A stretch of DNA of 64,000 nucleotides from Dimorphilus gyrociliatus (Eukaryota; Animalia; Annelida): positions 3,603,404 to 3,667,403 of the forward strand of contig CAJFCJ010000007.1 of the NCBI GenBank assembly GCA_904063045.1. The letters run 5' to 3'. Below are positions 24,573-38,092 of this stretch, piece by piece. A model generated the notes under the pieces. The model ran no database searches and had not been told where the DNA came from. It worked only from the letters and a program-made list of their open reading frames with translations. Made by a program: the position numbers and the translations under genes. The number at the start of each line of letters is the position of its first letter. Positions within the stretch are counted from its first letter, which is position 1.

Positions 24573-27116
24573 TTTTCCGAACAGTATAGAGGTTTACCTA
24601 ACAAACAGTCGGTACGAAATGGATGTAGAACCTGTAACCTTAAAATAATGCGGGAAATTCAATTTGTAGGAAATTGTAAGATGAGAATTCACACTAATCG
24701 AAGACATTAAAGATGAGTTACACTGGAGAATTTTATCTATTTGAAGAAATAATTTATTAATATAGCAATAAACTATTGTAAAATGCTTATTTTACAATTA
24801 ATAACATATATTACACACATTTTTCATCTGTCCATTATATAGTTCGTGAACAATGATTTGCAATAGGGGAAATACAATATTTACGATAAGAGTTTGTTCA
24901 AAAGCATCTATTTTAAGGGTTATAGAGGAGAGGCTATTGAATATTACTCACATTACCTATTATTAATTCCTCTTTGTTATTAACTGTATATTCCCGTTAT
25001 CGAAGGAACTATTCCTTCAAGGCTATTAAAAAGTCAATGTCTAAACTAAATTTGAAAAAGTACGCAACTCACAAAATATAGGTCACTGTTGACAAAAATA
25101 ACGTATCATTGGTAAATGTTTAACTTACAATTAATTCCGACTATCAACAACGTTTTCAAACAAAAGTATACCTATAAATAAAAGCACATTCAAATTTTTT
25201 CCGTTTTGAACGGGAAGAGGGCGCACAAAAAGGTTTTTTTATACAAATTGAAAAGGTGGTGCCATCTTTCATTCCAATAGTAAATTTCTCACGAAAGAGA
25301 ATTCCATAAAAGAGGCTAAGCTAATTCTATTAACACTATGAAGAGTTCTTTTTAAATTATTCCAAATCTAAATGATTAATAAGTATTCATTATTGAATTA
25401 CATTTGAAAGATTTACTGGAACTGACACTTAGCACCTTCAATACAATAGTCATGAAATGTAATCGAAAAATTAAGAACTACGTTTTATTGGATAATAACT
25501 GTAGAATCAATAGGCTATTTGGTGTTCTTTAAAATCCAAAGCACGAATATAATTAGGTCACTGTCGAAAATAGGGTAATTTATTGTCCACAGAGTGAATT
25601 TTTGAAAAATGTAAACATTTATAGATTGTATATAAAAAATGAATAAATATAATAAAAGTTAACTAAAGAGATATAGAAAAAAATGCATTTTATTAATGTA
25701 AAGATAATGAATAATTATATATGTGTTTTAAGACATTTCTATTCAAGCATATTGAAAGAAAGTGTATTAAAATTGATTATAAATCTATTTATATTCTATT
25801 CTTTTAAATTAAATAGCAAAGTTTTTACTTTACAATGGTAAGAGGTAACTTTTCAAAATATTTTTTTATTGATGATCATAAATAAAAATGTCGGACATAA
25901 AAAAAATAAATAATTATTTTTACTATTGATTACGCAAACTAAATTGCTTATATAACAAAAGATCAACGTAATTATACCTTAATAAAAAATTTGTGTTATT
26001 ACATATATAAAATATAGAAAAAAGATGTTCAGCAATAGATATAAATGCTTAATTGTGTTTTGGTTAGCTACCGTTTAGTTATTAAAGACAGATGGCGTTA
26101 ATAATTATAAAGAATTATTAAAACTCGTAGCTAATTAAACATCAAATGAAAGATTGATAATCATTAACATAGCGATTTATATACAATTGCATAAAAGTTC
26201 TTTAGCCAAAGCCAACTACAGGATCAATAGTTACGAGTTAAATATTAAAGTAGTTCAGTTATAATTTTCAATTTTATTGTTCAACCGGAAATAAATTTAA
26301 ATAATGATTAATTAGAGATATCACTTATCAATTTACTAGCATATCCTTTATTCTCGCCTTTAATTAGAATAATAGATTGATTTTAAAGAGCTTTTTATCT
26401 ATTATGAATCTCTTATACAAAGAATTTATAGTTTTATGTGCTCAATGGCGCCATCTTCCTCTAATAGTACAATGGATACATTGTATCCATCGAATACGGT
26501 TGCTATTGAATTATTTATAATCCTCAGAAAAATGATACAACGTAACCTTGTTCAAATTTTGAAAGGTTACGATATATGTAACTGACGCTTTTCGAAGCGT
26601 TTAATTCTCCTTATCCTTTCCCCCTTTAAACAAACTTTACTATAAATCTCTAAAAAATCTCAATTGTACAATACCAGTAAATAATCCGCCCTTGAAAACA
26701 GAAATACTTGTTAAGAATTGAACTAATCAAAAAGTTACATAATCAAAACAGTATTACGCAATCAGACAAACATAGTGGACGGTGGCACACGAGAAATTTT
26801 AATAACATTTTCGTATCCGGTTACGTAGGATAGGTTTAGAGATAGTTAGTTTTGAGTAACGTCTACAGTTGACATTTAATTAATATTTATGATTTATTTA
26901 AATTAATGTTTATTTGTTTACAAACATTATCAGCGATTGTATCTTTTGAATGGAAGATAATGATTTTGAGATTTTTCAAAATAGAATCTAAATAATCAAA
27001 TTATTTACATTAATACGGTTAGATCTTATCATATTTTGTTATATTTATGTATATATATACATAAAAAGTTAATGGAATAATCTATATTCGTAATCATCTT
27101 TATCACAGTAATAATC

Positions 27117-28449
27117 ATGATGATACATGGTGACGCTAAAGAATATTCTACGTTTAACAAAGACTCTAATAAGAAACTACTCAAAGTGGATTTATGTAAG
27201 AAGGTATGAATAAAAAATTATTGTAATAAACTTATGACGTAATGATGTCACGTTTCATTCTTATCCTTTAATATTGAATGCGATCGTTGAAAGAATAATC
27301 AAAGAGGGGGGAGCGGATTTTACGAAACTACAGCAACTGGTATTCTAGGAACAAGGAGAAAGAGTATGAAATTTAATCCCCTACTTTTGAAGGTTTTCCT
27401 TTCTTTTCTATATCGCTCGCAACCCCCCCTTTCAAAAGTTCACCTTTGTAACCTCTTAACAGGTTGAATTGGGCAAATCGGCTAGGCGTGGATATTCTAA
27501 CTTGCCTGATTCCGATTTTACCTATGGTATAAAGAATAACAAAAGGGATGGAGGAGCGGTAGCAGGTATGGAAATCTTTAAAGAGGGCTTATTCAACTTT
27601 TAAAAGTAATATCACGTGACCCTTTGTAGCGTTAAATTGGTTAAGTCAAAGAAATATAGAAAATTCCCACCACTTCAAACAATTATCAATGCTTAGAGAA
27701 AAGGATTATCATAGATTAAATGTTATGGCTCTAAAAGCAGGAATAACAGATGTCAGAGGTCAAACCCTCTTCCGATCAAGTAATGATTATAGATTACCAG
27801 TCAATAAGCGGAAAAAAACAGTATGTCGTTAAATTTTAATTCTCGTAATAATATCTAATTCATTAATTCCCCTTTTGTTTAGATAGTCAAGTTTGAACCT
27901 AAACCGGAAATACCAGATATAGTTTTCGGAATTCCTGTTCGTCCATCAACACCGATCAAAGAAGTTATCAGTCATCAATTTCAAGATGAATGGATTAAGG
28001 AAAGATCTCGGGAAAGAGAACGCAGAATTCAAGCGATCAAAGAAGCGGTAAAGATTGTTTTGATAAGCTTGAACTTTTTGTCAATAAGGTACCTTATTAT
28101 TTTTATTCTTTGCTTAGAAAGAAAATATGCTAAACATCAAAGAGACTAAAACTACGATTTTAAGAAAGACCGAAAGAGAAACGCCGAAAGGATTATGGAA
28201 GATAAAGAAATTCGAAAGGAATGCCAAAAGTTATTTAGATACTTTTAGGTATTGAAATAGTCTATTTTTTTTAAAAAAAACAAAAAACAATACTAGATAA
28301 TTGATAGTAATAATGGGATTAACCATCTTAGATCTAAAGAGGCACGTATGTTAGCTTTTCCTCAACATTTGAAGGAAAAGTCGATTACGGAACAACTTCC
28401 GCAAAGATGTATAACAAGTTCTGCTTCGGACACGTCCAGGTGTGTATGA
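27117..28449 (+). CDS. CFAP77: Cilia- and flagella-associated protein 77 (C9orf171), 7 exons: 27117-27203, 27294-27392, 27463-27565, 27630-27820, 27883-28047, 28118-28248, 28332-28449 (~297 aa); absent from the ORF track
   Basis: Spliced translation LGTRRKSMKFNPLLLKVELGK, FTYGIKNNKRDGG, DYHRLNVMALKAG, FGIPVRPSTPI, ETKTTILRK, LWKIKKFE..YLDTF matches the recalled CFAP77 motif series; exon lengths sum to 894 nt. Confidence 0.88.
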
Positions 28450-28600
28450 TTACGTAGTTGACAATTAATCCATCACGGATGTAGTAATTAATTTATGTAT
28501 ATAGAAATACACCTACACATTCTATAATATACGTAGAATGAGGCATAAAAATAACCTTTTGTTTTTGTAAATATTAAATATAAAAATATATTAATATGCA

Positions 28601-28615
28601 CACTAGATGTCGCTA
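28601..28615 (+). promoter_or_regulatory. CTCF-like motif CACTAGATGTCGCTA just 3' of CFAP77
   Basis: Close match to the bilaterian CTCF core CACTAGATGGCGC. Confidence 0.55.
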
Positions 28616-31600
28616 GCATTAAAAAAGTTTTTCACACTCTGTTAATTTACGTTACTTTACACTGCAGTGTAGTCTATTTTATAATTGCAGTAGTAATTTC
28701 TAACGATATGTAAAATACAGAATGAAAAAAGAGGCGGGAAAAAACTAAACAATAAGGAATTGGTCTAAATTAATGTTATCTTCAATAGACGATTTCTCTT
28801 GGAGAGATTTATTTGCAGTTATAAAAAAAATTGGAAGAAAGAAAGTTTTTCCGATCCGTATTGGCATTTGTCACGCACGAGTAAATTTTTATGCGACTGC
28901 AATAAAAGAGAAAAGAGGTGGAGAATTGTTTTTTGTGCCAGAAACGGTCGATTGCAGCCATAACTCGGGAAAAACGAGACAGGTCGTTACCTGTAAAAAC
29001 AGCAAACGAAGCGCGAGTTCAATTGCTGTTCACCGGCGCATATCAAGAGCGCACGTGCTGCAGCATTTATTAACTGCGATCATCAATTTTTTGGTAAGAG
29101 ACCGTACACGTTATGGGTAAATAAAGGATAAACGGAATAGGGAAGTGCCTTAAATAGAACAAAAAGGAGGGAGGTCAAATAAACTAGCGTATTGAATTTA
29201 ATCATGACAAAATTCTAAATACATATCAAATTAAGCAACTATAAAGGTTATCAACGGGAAAAAACTCTAGTCGTTGTTTGTCACTCGAAATACAATTACT
29301 CCCTCACTTCCCTCTCTCCGTTCAAACACGTTCAATCATCAGTCAAGTGGGCCCATTGTTGCTTTACAAAATGCTTCATTTAGTAGCAACCGTCTTTTTA
29401 ATTGGAAATAGGTAAGATAAATAAAAAAACATAAAAAGAACTGGTATTAATATTTTAGTTAACAATTGTCCTTGAAGCTCGCATGTAAAGGGTCGCCTTT
29501 GACATTTTTTACACTTATCAAATTTTTAAACGAAAATGAAAACATTTCCTAATATTAACTAACTTTCGAATCATTTTTTTACATATTTATATACTATTTA
29601 ATAAGAAAACGAATATTTAATGTTTCATTCATCGAACGTTTTTAGTTCTTTTTTTTTTTCTTTTTAAAAAAACAAAATTATAATAGTTTATTTTTTTTTT
29701 CCTTTTGTTCTTTTTCTATTTTTCCTCACTTTATTTGAAAAAAAACCAGTCGTAAAGCGGACTTTTCCTGTGTTTGAAATGCGACACTTTTCTTTTTTTT
29801 TTATATAAAACTATTCGATATTCAAAGTTTTCTCTTTTAATTCTTGTTCAATTCATCTCTATTTAGCTTTGTTTAGGCGTTTTTTTTATTATTGTCTTGA
29901 ACGATTTAAAAGATAACGAGAAATAAAGAAGAAAGAAAGAAAGGAAAGAAATGGAAGGAAAGAATAAAACCAAAAATTTGGCGGCAAATACAATTAATTC
30001 CAAAAAGATAATAGAATAAAGAGGTTTTGGCGGGAGTGTCTTTCTTTTTGCATCTTGAAATAATTGAAAAATACCACACAAGGCGACTGATATTTACACA
30101 TAAACGTGAATTCGACTTAAAAGGAGAGATTTTGATCGATAAAATAGAAAGGCACGCGAAATTGGCGTTTTTAAAGGAGAAATTTAAGGGTGTTGAAACT
30201 TGGGAAATCAAGTCGGTTCGTAAATGTCGGCAATTGGTTGTTGTTTAGTGCCTCTGCACGCCATATTTCGTTGCTTTCTAAGAGGTGAATCTAGTTGGGT
30301 ACAGGGTCATTTATTAAAATAAACCATAGAGCAATTTGTAATATAGTAACAGAAATAAACGTGAAATTATTAAAAATGTTCATTAATACTAATTAAACGA
30401 TTGTTTAACCTAAGAAAATGAAATTTTAGTCAATTAATTACGTAATTTTAGTGCTATCCTACTAAAATCCGCCTCTAGCACATTGGGACTGTAATTTTAT
30501 TACTCACTTAGCGTAAGCAGGTGGTGTTTAATTGCAACAATCCTTTATTGATTTTTTTGATGTTTTTTCATAAGATTTCTATCTAGTCGATATACCAATT
30601 CCACTCACGCATCTTGACTTTAACAGTACGTAATAAAAACCTTTCAAATGTAACAACGTCAACCTAATAAATTTGAATATAGATAAGAAAATCATTCATC
30701 CACTTTCCTCCCCTCTTCCCTATGTTTATAAATATTTACTCTTTCCTTCTTCTATAGTCCTAGCTCTTTTGTTCTATGCAACACTTTAATTAGTCTGTCT
30801 GTAGAATAAATGAGAATTTTTTTCATTTAGGAAATTAAATATGAATTAATAAATTAATTAATTTTGAAGATTCTATAATAAAGAATTATTTAACCCTTTA
30901 ATTAAGTTAAATTTTGATATTATTGAGTAAAAGTAAAACAAGATAATTTTCTCTTTTGTTTTCCATCTGTTTGTCCTATTTTGCTTAAGACAATTGGTGC
31001 ATGTCTAATTAGGAAGAAATCTGTCACCCTTACTCGACAAAGTAATAAAAGGATATAAGAAGAAGGAGTAGGAGATGTGTGAGAGACGTCTTTAAGATGT
31101 TTTTGGGGGAGAGGGGCGTTTCCTCATTTTTCTTTTTCTTCTTCTTCTTATAAATCAAATTATTTTCTAAAATAACATTCGATTAGGATGTTTTTAAATG
31201 GACCTGACATTCTACCTTGTTCCATAATTAAACGGATATTTTTCAATAAAAATGTACATAAACTATCGAATTGCGTGACAGAATGGAACTAGTCCATATG
31301 GCGATGAAGACATGTCTAGATCATTCCAGACAGTTTTGCCAGCTTTAATTGCTACTTTCATGTTGGGGAATTGAAGTTGAGTGCTTTTTAATTAGTCGCC
31401 GTTGGACAATTCGTTTGTTACGCTTTGTTAATATTATAACCTTATCTTTTGCTAGTAGTCTTTTCTTATCTTGTCCCTCTCCTCCTTTTTTTTACTCAAC
31501 TGGTAAACCTTAACATCAACATTTTACAGCTTTCCCCAGTTTTGGTATTCTATGGCCACTTTTTTCGAACCCTCTATGAAAAAGAAATGGATGGAAGCGT

Positions 31601-32399
31601 TTCCGCGGAAATCTGTCATTTATTGCTTTATATTGATCTATTAAACATTCACAAGAGCCATAGAGCTACTGTAAGTAACTAATTATGGATTAGTAAAGCG
31701 TAAAACTCAAAAAAAAAGTGACGGCCTAAAAACTTTACTTTATTAAACACTAGAGGTTGCTTTTTTTGTTTTTTACCCGTTTATTATAATTTTTGTACAA
31801 TAAAAATTATCAACTTTATATAACAATATAATTAATTATTGAATACATTTTAATAATTTAATTAGATTAATTATAATTTATTATAATTAAGTCTAATTAG
31901 ACCTATTCTATATTCGTTTTCTTCTTCTTTTCTCTGGCGGAAGACAATAAAAAAATTATATATCAACTTTTGTTATGTATCAAAAGATACTTAATGTAAT
32001 TGATGCATGAACTAGTCTTTTCACATAAAAACACACTAAAAGGCTGACATTTTTAACGCCGTTCATAATTAAGCTCATATTTTTCTATACAATATATAGA
32101 CTATCGAATCGCGTAAATATACATTTGAAACATTTAATTTTGCATTAATCAGGAACGGTTATAGCGTTTTATAAAGTAGCTTTGACATTTTATATTCAGT
32201 TCATAATAGAACAAATACTCTTTTTGTATTTTTTTCAACTTTCTAAAGCTCGTGAAACAAGGAAACGAAGAGTTGTAGGGGGTTGTGGTGGTGGTGGTGG
32301 TGGTGGTATTGGTTATCTATTGATTTTGTATTAAAAAAAAAACGTTACATTGTTAGTTATTGCTTTTGTCCGAAGTGTTTAGTTAAGAAAAAAAGAAAC

Positions 32400-32632
32400 N
32401 NNNNNNNNNNNNNNNNNNNNNNNNNNNNNNNNNNNNNNNNNNNNNNNNNNNNNNNNNNNNNNNNNNNNNNNNNNNNNNNNNNNNNNNNNNNNNNNNNNNN
32501 NNNNNNNNNNNNNNNNNNNNNNNNNNNNNNNNNNNNNNNNNNNNNNNNNNNNNNNNNNNNNNNNNNNNNNNNNNNNNNNNNNNNNNNNNNNNNNNNNNNN
32601 NNNNNNNNNNNNNNNNNNNNNNNNNNNNNNNN
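32400..32632. other. Assembly gap (233 N)
   Basis: Run of N in the sequence. Confidence 1.
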
Positions 32633-34106
32633 GCGCTTTTGAATAAGCTAATAAAAACCCATTGACTAACAAACAATCGTAGACTATGAACTCCGCTTCT
32701 CACCTTTCCACTTGACGGAATAATCAAAATGGCCGATCCGCTCTCGGCTAACAAATCGAAACCGTTCGACATCTGCGAGTATAATTTTTGCTAGGCGATC
32801 GATCGATTGTACGGACAAGTATTTATTCATTAATTCTTTCATTTTTTTCTTCACCCTCTTTCCTATACCTTTTTCATCAATTTTTATTTGGGGCGGTGGA
32901 AGGGAGGGAGGAGGAGGAGGAAAGGGAGGGAATAAAGGTCATTATTATACATTGAGAGTCATATTCTTCATATTTATTCATTTATTTATAAAGAAAAAAG
33001 CTGTCTCCTCCATGTCAAAAGTTATAAATTATGATTTTGGCTTTCCAGCAAATTCATACATGTTCGTACAACCTTCATTTGCCAAGTCACTGCTCAAGAT
33101 AATACCTTTTGCTGTGGATAGTACTACAAACAAGAATATATTAACATCATTTTTTCCCAAAATGAATGATGACGTCTTTCCTATTGCATTTTCTCCTTTC
33201 TTAAGAAATTTATCTAGTTTTCTTCCTTCGCCATCAACCGTTCCAAATCTTCTTTCCTTCAATCCTGTTTTCTTTTCCCTAACTAAAGTGTCATTCATTT
33301 ATAACAAATAAATAATGAATAGATTAAAATTAACGATAGCTTTTTTGATAAAAAAAAGTTCAATAATCAATAATAAATATAATCAATAAATCTGGGATAG
33401 ATAAGTCAATAAAGTTAATGAATTTATGAAATCTTCAAATTTTATTATTAAATACCACTACATAGAATGTTCTATTGTTTTAATTGTATACACTTCATAC
33501 GTCTATTTACATGTTCAGAAATGATAGGCTTTAGTCTATGAATATTTATTAGGACTTCATCACGGTTTTTACGTATTAATGACAGTTTTATCAAGCTACG
33601 CAGAGAGTCGTAGAGTGGACGAGACACCTCAACACGGGTATACGACGTATATCCGCGTATTTATCTCTAATGTATGCATACATACATATATTTTACATAC
33701 AGTATATATATATATATATATATAGATGTACATAGGGTATACCTTACAACAGGTATTCATTGTTTATTGCTTATAAATGAAGAAGATCTATCATTCTTTC
33801 ACTTATAAATATATGAATTTGTTGTTTAATAATAGTCAGAACAATAGGAGGTTTTTTAAGCTAATTCTTGACTTCCGTTTAATGGCATCCCGCCCTATTT
33901 TTTTCAATCAACTACTTTCCCTTTACAATATATATTCAAAAATGCTCAAATAAAAGTTTCAATAGCATCTTATCTTCCATACGCACAGGAACAAATCTAT
34001 AAAGGCGTAGCCACGAATGGTAAAACGCATGGGGCGGAGCCTAACGTGATCGACAACTGCTCCCTTTCTCTCTCAAAAGTCTCTGCAGTCAGTTTCTGAT
34101 TAGAAA

Positions 34107-37100
34107 ATGGACGAGGAAGACCGACGATCCGACAGTGAAGTTTCTAAAGATGAGAAAATAATGACACCTCCCGTTCCTCCAAGAAGGCCTACATTCATGA
34201 TAAGCGATATCTTATCAAGGAAAGAACCGATTAGACGTCCTCGACCTTATGCGTTTACGGATAATCGCATGATAATTGGCGGTGATGACGACGAAGAAAG
34301 CGATTGTAGTGGTAAGTTAAAAAAAATATAGAAAAGAATTAAATAATAATAATAAAAAATAGATATAAAATAAACATCTAGCAATATAAAAATATGAACG
34401 AAAGACATATTTTTTTTTAGAAGAGATCGTAAAATCTTAAAATAATTAAAAAAAAGAAATAAAAGTTTTTCCTTGTTTTTTAAAAAAAAAAAATTAACTT
34501 TTTTTTTTAATAAAACTATTTTCATTAAATTAAAATAGGTTGTAAAAAAAAATTGTTAAATTTATAAATATGAAATTATAAACATACAAAATAGAACTTG
34601 AAATAGAATAACGATTATAGGATTTATGACGACAACTCTAACGATAATTTATTAAGTATATAAAAATACTTTCAATATAAAACATAACAGTATCTTTTAG
34701 CGATAATTTTTAAAAATAATATTATTTTAGCGGATAGAGTTAGACAGCTGGTGAAAATCCGATATATAGGAAGAATTGCTTTAAAAAAAAAAAAATTCCA
34801 AGTAGGCCTATAAAATTGCTTTTTTTAAGGCAGCATAAGAGCAATTTAGTAGAGGCGATAGAGTTTGACTATGTGATATATATGTATGTATGTATAAAAG
34901 AGAGATATTATATATAATTCCACAGTTCAATAGACCAAGATAAAAAAAATATTGAAGCATATATAACATACATGTAAATTAACTATTCATGAAAAAGCGG
35001 TGATTAGATTTATATATCTCGAATAAATTAAAATTCATAGAGTAGAATAGTATTAACCTGTAATAAAAAGTCCATATGATAATAATTTAATGACATTTTA
35101 TAGATTTACACAAGCTGTTCATAATAGTTGAATAGGAATGTATTCAATGAATGGAATATTTAAATTAGATTAATTAATATATAATAACATTATCCTTTTT
35201 TTTATACTTAGTTATAATATTTTATTAAGAAGTACTTAAAAAAATAATCAGTCTTCCTCCGTCCGTTTCATTACCATCCGCTCTCTCACTCTTCCTATCT
35301 TTGATTTTGTTTTTGGTTTATTTTAAATCATTTATTCATTGGGATCTTTATAAATCGTAATAAAAAAAAAGTCAAGAGAACGGAAAAGTTTTAGATTTTC
35401 TTCTTTCTATAATAAAGAAATTAATAAAATATTAAAAAATTTAATTAAAAAAATCAGTCATCGTAAAAAAAAAGAAAAGGAACACAACAACATCAACTGT
35501 GCAATGAAGTGGGCAGAAGAAGTAGGCATTTTTTTCTTTCTATGATTAATTAATTGGGTCATTAGAAGTTGCGTGTCTAAGCAAATTTTCTTCTGATTTC
35601 ATGAATTAATATATGTTGATTTAAGTTTATATTTAGAGTGATTGTCTAATTAATTGATTACCAAAGGAGAAATCTATTAAAAGAAAATGTTGTATTCTTA
35701 TTTAATTATTAAAACAAGTAGAAAAGAAATAATGAGGATAAAGGAAAAGGAAAAAGAAACTAATAGAAGAAATACTATAATGATTTTACCAAATTCTCCT
35801 TTTAAATTAATAATCAGTTCTATTAGAAAACGATTGACTACTATCAGGTAAAGAGTATAGTAGAAAGAAAAATGGGAGGAGTTGCTAGTAATAAGACCTA
35901 GGAGAGTTATTTTGTTAATTTTTATCTATTGAGTAAGCACATTATTTCCGATTCATACGAAATAGCTTGATAATTAAACGCCTAGCAAAAAGCATGAAAA
36001 AGTCGCAGGTGGACAAACAAGAGTCTTTGAAGCGTAAAAACAGCAATTAATCGTTGAAAAGGTGCGAATTCCTAGGCAAAATACAGGTCGCTAGGTGTAT
36101 GTTTAGATTGTATTATGCGGTTTTATTTATATGTTTTCTTTTGTAGAAAATGGCGGTCGGGATGAAACGGAAAATGATTGTGGTTCCATTAAAGCATCTA
36201 ATAAATCGTCGAAGAAGCCTAGAAAGGCCAGAACCGCCTTTACCGATCATCAATTGAACGAATTAGAAGCGAGTTTCTCAAGACAAAAATACCTCAGTGT
36301 TCAAGATCGAATGGAATTGGCATCTAGATTGAATCTCTCCGATACACAAGTCAAAACTTGGTACCAAAATAGAAGGTAAGCCTACAATTTCTTTAAAGTA
36401 ATTTAATATAAAAAATAAGCTACTATGCTAATTTATTATTAACAATCATTATCTTATCATTATTTAAAGCAACTATAGTACCCTTATAGACTAAATATAC
36501 GTCTGTACCGTATATTAGTATATAAACTGCAATATAGCGTGCCTTATTAGCTTATACCTTATTAACTCTTAAGAGAATAATTTATTTAGGAGTAAAAATT
36601 TTTGATATATTGTTCAACATTAGAATTATCAATGTTTAAATATCATTAAATTGTATGTGAGAAATTTGCTTTTTTGTGTTCTATGACGTACTTATACTGC
36701 TTTGAAAAGCGATAAAAAGACTGAATAGTGTCATGATTGTGCCAATCTATACAAGCCGATTTTCGTTGGATTGTATGATCTATATAGAAAAAACACTCTT
36801 CTCAGGCCTTTTTTTTATTGCTATCACCCTTTTCTTTATGTATTTTCTGTCTTATTCTCCAATATAACCTTAGATATCTGTCTATCTATCTATCTTTCTA
36901 TCTATCTGTCTTTCTGAGCATATTATAGTCTTCACTTTACTTTCTCTTCAACAAAAGGAGGCGGGATTGTGTAGTATACGTTTTGTAAACTTTAAGAGGT
37001 AGGAAAGAGGAGAGAGCGAGAGATCGTATACATACATAGATGGAAAAAATAGATGGATAGAGGTTCATATGAAAATTTAATGTAGGAAACTTTCCGCCTC

Positions 37101-37927
37101 TCCTTTCTTTTATTCTTTGATTGTTAAATAAAAAATATCGCCGACTAACTTGTAACAGAATTTATTAAAATGCGTCACATTCATTTTCATTTGTAACGCT
37201 TTTTTTTTATTTCGTATATCTAGTGTATATTTAACATTACAAGGGTGGAAAAAAAAGAGAGGGAGAGACGGCTCTTATTTCAGCATCTCTCGTCAGCCAA
37301 TAAAAAATCGCAGTGTTTCACGCATCGCTAACCGCAATCGGCGTTGCAGTTCAGTGAATTGTTTACGTGACACTTTTGTTGACTAATTTACATATGGGAA
37401 GTACGCCGGAAATTGAAAGAAATTATTTCTAATTGATCGCCATTTTTTCAATTCTTTATTCCTTGACTGAGAGGATGTCATATACAAAAATCCCAGTTGA
37501 GTCGTAAAGCTTTTTGTAAATTTTTGAACGAGCTGTAAAGTGATGCTATTTTTTTTGCCTCATAGGCGTTACCTAAATTTAAAAGCACATTAATTCTTTT
37601 GTACATATATTTCTACTTTTTACCATTTATAGAACAAAATGGAAAAGGCAAACAGCAGTTGGACTGGAACTACTCGCTGAAGCTGGAAATTTAGCTGCTG
37701 TGCAACGTCTAGTTCATTCAAACTCATCTTATTGGTCAGCTTACTTACCCCCTCCAGGTGGAGCTGCTGGAGGAGGAATAATGTCGAATTTGGACGCTCT
37801 TTACTCAAGGGGGACGGCTTGTCCAGCGCCACCTAGGCCATTTATACCCAGATTGTTTATACAAGGCCTACAGCAACACGTCAATCATTTACCTCCCAGT
37901 TTGCCGCATTCCGAATCAAATTCTTGA
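34107..37927 (+). CDS. BarH: BarH-like homeobox protein, paralog A; exons 34107-34311, 36147-36375, 37633-37927 (242 aa)
   Basis: eh1/FIL motif TFMISDIL; homeodomain [60 protein letters not shown] with the Bar-diagnostic WYQNRR, followed by [19 protein letters not shown] at 33998 and a GC box at 34031. Confidence 0.96.
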
Positions 37928-38051
37928 CTCTTTGAACATTGAATTTCTTCTTTTTTTTCATTCTAAAAATCGTCTTGTTTTTTTTTGTCTGCAGCTTACA
38001 ATATAACTTCTGTAAATCATTTAAGTAACAATATTTAAGATGAGAGCAAGA

Positions 38052-38054
<3 letters not shown>

Positions 38055-38089
<35 letters not shown>
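38055..38089. repeat. (GA)n microsatellite; similar tracts at ~42960-42985, ~47441-47472, ~49850-49875, ~52045-52090, ~52300-52320
   Basis: Direct reading of GA dinucleotide runs. Confidence 0.9.

Positions 38090-38092
<3 letters not shown>

Noticed and set aside
28773-29120. 115-aa ORF downstream of CFAP77
   Set aside because: TTG start, no recognisable domain, no supporting exon chain; probably regulatory DNA.
32283-32772. ORFs spanning the N run
   Set aside because: Length inflated by the assembly gap.
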